Source: Octopus sinensis
Taxonomy: Eukaryota
Reading direction: 5' to 3'
Length of the DNA: 38,312 nucleotides
NCBI RefSeq assembly: GCF_006345805.1
Contig: NW_021835806.1
Coordinates: 1-38,312 of the forward strand
Under the pieces are notes generated by a model. The model had not been told where the DNA came from and searched no databases. It worked only from the letters and a program-made list of their open reading frames with translations. Below are positions 35,185-38,312 of the stretch, one piece after another (the stretch's first letter is position 1; each line of letters begins with the position of its first letter). A program made the position numbers and the translations under genes.

Positions 35185-35397
35185 CTGATCTAACATGGTC
35201 ATGTGCTCCACCTCAGAATGAAAGTTGTTTTCTCTTTTTAACGCCAGATGCAGGCAATTATTTCCTCCATGTTCAACAACATTTACATTCGTGCCCCTGG
35301 CTATCAGCCGCTGCATTATTCCGAGGTGACCGTCCGAGACAGCTTCAAGCAATGGTGTCCTATATTTTTTGTTCACAATTTCTAAATTCACCGAATC
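35185..35397 (-). CDS. Ankyrin-repeat exon of a MIB-like ANK+RING E3 ligase (upstream exons lie outside the window or were not found)
   Basis: cacaaag|GAT acceptor, CAG|gtaagt donor, 213 nt, phase 0-0. Translates DSVNLEIVNKKYRTPLLEAVSDGHLGIMQRLIARGTNVNVVEHGGNNCLHLALKRENNFHSEVEHMTMLDQ, with TPLxxA/GH and GNxxLHLA ankyrin motifs. Confidence 0.9.
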
Positions 35398-36479
35398 CTT
35401 TGTGGAGGTAAAAATGGAAAATGAAAATTTACATGAAAATCAGGGTTGATATCAATGTCATTACAGTTTTCTACTGGGTACTAGATCAAACTGATCAAAT
35501 ACATTTGATGTTTGTCAGTGAAATAAATCTTCCATAAGGACCTCTATAACCTGATACATGTGTGTGTTAGAGACATGATAAACATATTAAGATGTCCTAC
35601 TTTGCCCCTCACTATAGTAAGTTGTAGGGCAACAGAACTAGAGTAAACACATGATTAGCAGATCAAGTCAAGTAAAGAAGAATTATAATTTCTAATGTTT
35701 ACTTTTGACGTTGCTACATTAATAAGGGGTTCATAAAACTGCTGAGCCGGTTAGCGTCCACATGCATAAAACTAATGCGCACGCACGCACACACACATAA
35801 ACATCAGTGTTACATATATAAATACATATAATGAATTGGGGAAACGGAGTTCATGAGAATATGCATCACAACGATCGTTTCGACCCATCTTGCATCGGTC
35901 GCTTGCGGGTGGGCTACTATACAACGTGTTGTGTTGCATCCCCCAGTGCAGATGCATCTCATCGGGTACCTTGTTTTAATGTAAAGATACCTCACTAAAT
36001 ATATTCAGTTTCACTTGACATGTTGTTGCTAGGAGCTTCTTGGATTACAACATGAGAGACAACAGCCTTCTGGCAACAACAACATTCCAAGCGAACCCGA
36101 ATATATTTACAGAGGTATCTTCTTTAAAAGAAGACACCCGATGACATGCATCTGCACCGGAGGATGTACCACAACCAGTTATACAATATCCTACCTGCAA
36201 GGGACCGATACAAGATGGATTGAAACAATCGTTGCGATGAATAAAAATTCTCATTAACTCCATTTTCTGCTTCCCTCATTCATTATAAACTGAACGAACA
36301 CTGCAGAATACATGAGGTAGATCCAGTGTCACTTATAGCTCAACTGTGGATGACATGAGGTAACCGAATCAGCGAAAGATCTTAAGCGGGATACTTCTAA
36401 ATGTATACCCACATTCCAAATAATTACAAATACATAACACGCACACACACTCACACACACACACCACACACACATACAG

Positions 36480-37900
36480 GGAAGATGATGCCTTGGACGG
36501 AAGAATTACAGAAGTATAATCTATTAGATGAAGCAATGAAAATTACTGAGAGGGTCACAGACAAAATAATTAGGATGTGTGTTAGACTAGAAGAGATGCA
36601 ATTTGGTTTTGTGCCACAGCGAAGAACCTCTGATGCTATATTCCTGATAAGGCAGCTGCAGGAGAAGTACAAAGCCAAAGATAAACCCTTGTACTGGGCC
36701 TTTGTTAAACACGGAGAAAGGCTTTGACAGGATTCCTCAATCCCTTATTTGCTGGTCACTGCAAAAGCTAGGGATGGACGAATGGTTGGTGAGAGCGTTA
36801 CAAGTCATGTACAGGGATGCTGTCAGTAAGGTGAGGTTTGGCATCGTGTATAGCAATCAATTAGGGTACAAGTAGGGGTTCATCATGGATTATTCCTCAG
36901 CGCCTTCCTGTTTATCAGAGTCCTCCAGGCAATAACAGAGGAATTTAAGATGAACTGCTTCTAGGAGATCCCCAATGCTGATGACCTTGTTATCATAGCC
37001 GAATAACTTTCAGAACTAGGTAAATTTTAGGTATATCAGTAAGGACTAGAACCAAAGGACCCTAAACTTAGTCTAACAAAAACCAGTCTTGGTAAGTAGG
37101 AAAGCGGACAATTCACAAATCCCCTTAGGAAGATGGCACTGTTCGATCTGTAGAAAAAGCGTAGGTAGGAAGTTCATAAGATGTGCCCAGTGTAAGGTAT
37201 GGACACATAAGTGTTGCAGCAATATCAGAGGAAGGTTAACAGGGATAATAGTTTTTTTCTGTTTGGAAGGTGCACAGGTACAATAAACAGCACAAATGTA
37301 GAGAAAATAGAGCCCATCAATTGCCAGGTAAGTAAGCTACTGGGAGTTGATAGTTTCCGCTATCTAGGTGGCCAAGTCAGGAGTGTGGTTTGTTCTTCCT
37401 TGAGTGTAGCTGCAAGAATAAGAATAAGACGTGCAAAGTTCAGAGTGATCTTAACTCTAATGGTAACAAAGAGCGTCTCCCTGAGATTGAAAGGCAGACT
37501 TTATGATGCCTGTGTGTAAACAACTATGTTACATGTCAGTGAAACATGGGATGTGACCTCTCTGAGGACTTCCATAGGCTTGAAAGAAATGAAGCCAGTA
37601 TGCCTCGCTGGATGTACAATCTCAGTGTGCATGTACGACAGAGTATAGGAGTCTTGAGAGAAAAGCTGAGCATTGAAGACATCAAATAGGGTGTGCAAGA
37701 GAGACGTCTGCTTTGGTATGGTCTTGCGATGTGTATGGACATGGACAGCTGTGTCAAAAAGTGCCGATCTCTAACTGTGGAAGGATCCTTTGGAAGATGG
37801 AGACCCAAGAAGACTTTCGATGAGTTGATGAAGAATGATCTCCAACCGTTGGACATCATAGAGGAGATGACAAGTGACCGAGAGCCCTGGTGATATTCTC
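36480..37900 (+). mobile_element. 5'-truncated, frameshifted RTE-clade LINE
   Basis: EMQFGFVPQRRTSDAIFLIRQLQEKY, ADDLVI, VDSFRYLG, LRLKGRLYDACV and QERRLLWYG motifs. Confidence 0.9.
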
Positions 37901-38312
37901 TGCGGGAGAGGACATGTCAGGCCAAGTGACGATAAGGATGTGGTCGTGCCAGTGTCCTATAAGTGGCAGCCGTGCATCATAGCCGTGGCTGTTCGCTTCC
38001 GGTGCATGTCAATGAAACCTGGGTATCATAGTTGTGGTCACCGATGGTGCCATGTAAATTGGCACCTGGGAATTATCGTCGTTGGTGGTGCCATTTAAAT
38101 GGCAACCATCCGTGAATCGTAGTCGTGGCATTGTCGGTGTCATGCAAGTGGCACCCGTGCCGTGGCATGTGAAACGCCAATTACACACCAGGGGTGGTTG
38201 GCATTAGGAAGGACATCAAGCTGTAAAAACTATGCCAAATCAGACAGGAACGTGGGGCAGCTCACCGACTCATAATCTCCTGTCAAACCAGCCGACACAT
38301 GCCAGTATGGTG

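Noticed and set aside
36045-36263. Candidate next upstream ankyrin exon
   Set aside because: No ankyrin motif in any minus frame and no convincing splice pair; the upstream exon was not located in this window.

Overview
AT-rich, microsatellite-laden metazoan DNA, probably cephalopod/Octopus-like (inferred from repeat types and gene style). The right third holds the 3' part of a minus-strand intron-containing gene for a Mind bomb (MIB)-like ankyrin-repeat + RING-HC E3 ligase. Its exons are 35397-35185, 31686-31508, 28677-28535 and 27195-27145, with matching splice phases. The left ~21 kb is a recent tandem array (units of 7,708 bp and 11,961 bp plus a partial third) built from an older repeated module that first appears just after the RING exon. 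The array carries candidate exons on the same strand as the gene: (i) symmetric phase-1 cassette exons of 51 and 87 nt with canonical AG/GT sites, whose copies differ far more than their flanking introns, mostly by amino-acid-changing substitutions; (ii) dead exon copies that diverge only at background rate; (iii) a family of short hydrophobic stop-containing exons; (iv) a palindromic motif about 100 nt upstream of most cassette acceptors. Two of the three 87-nt exons encode a DSGxxS beta-TrCP-type degron. The best candidate for an undescribed system is a combinatorially spliced, rapidly diversifying C-terminal tail on an ANK-RING ligase. All exon calls come from sequence pattern only and need RNA-seq. 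The rest is decayed mobile DNA: Penelope-like pieces with hammerhead-like motifs, RTE, Hero/R2-like, CR1-like, Tc1, SINEs and microsatellites. All difference counts are manual.
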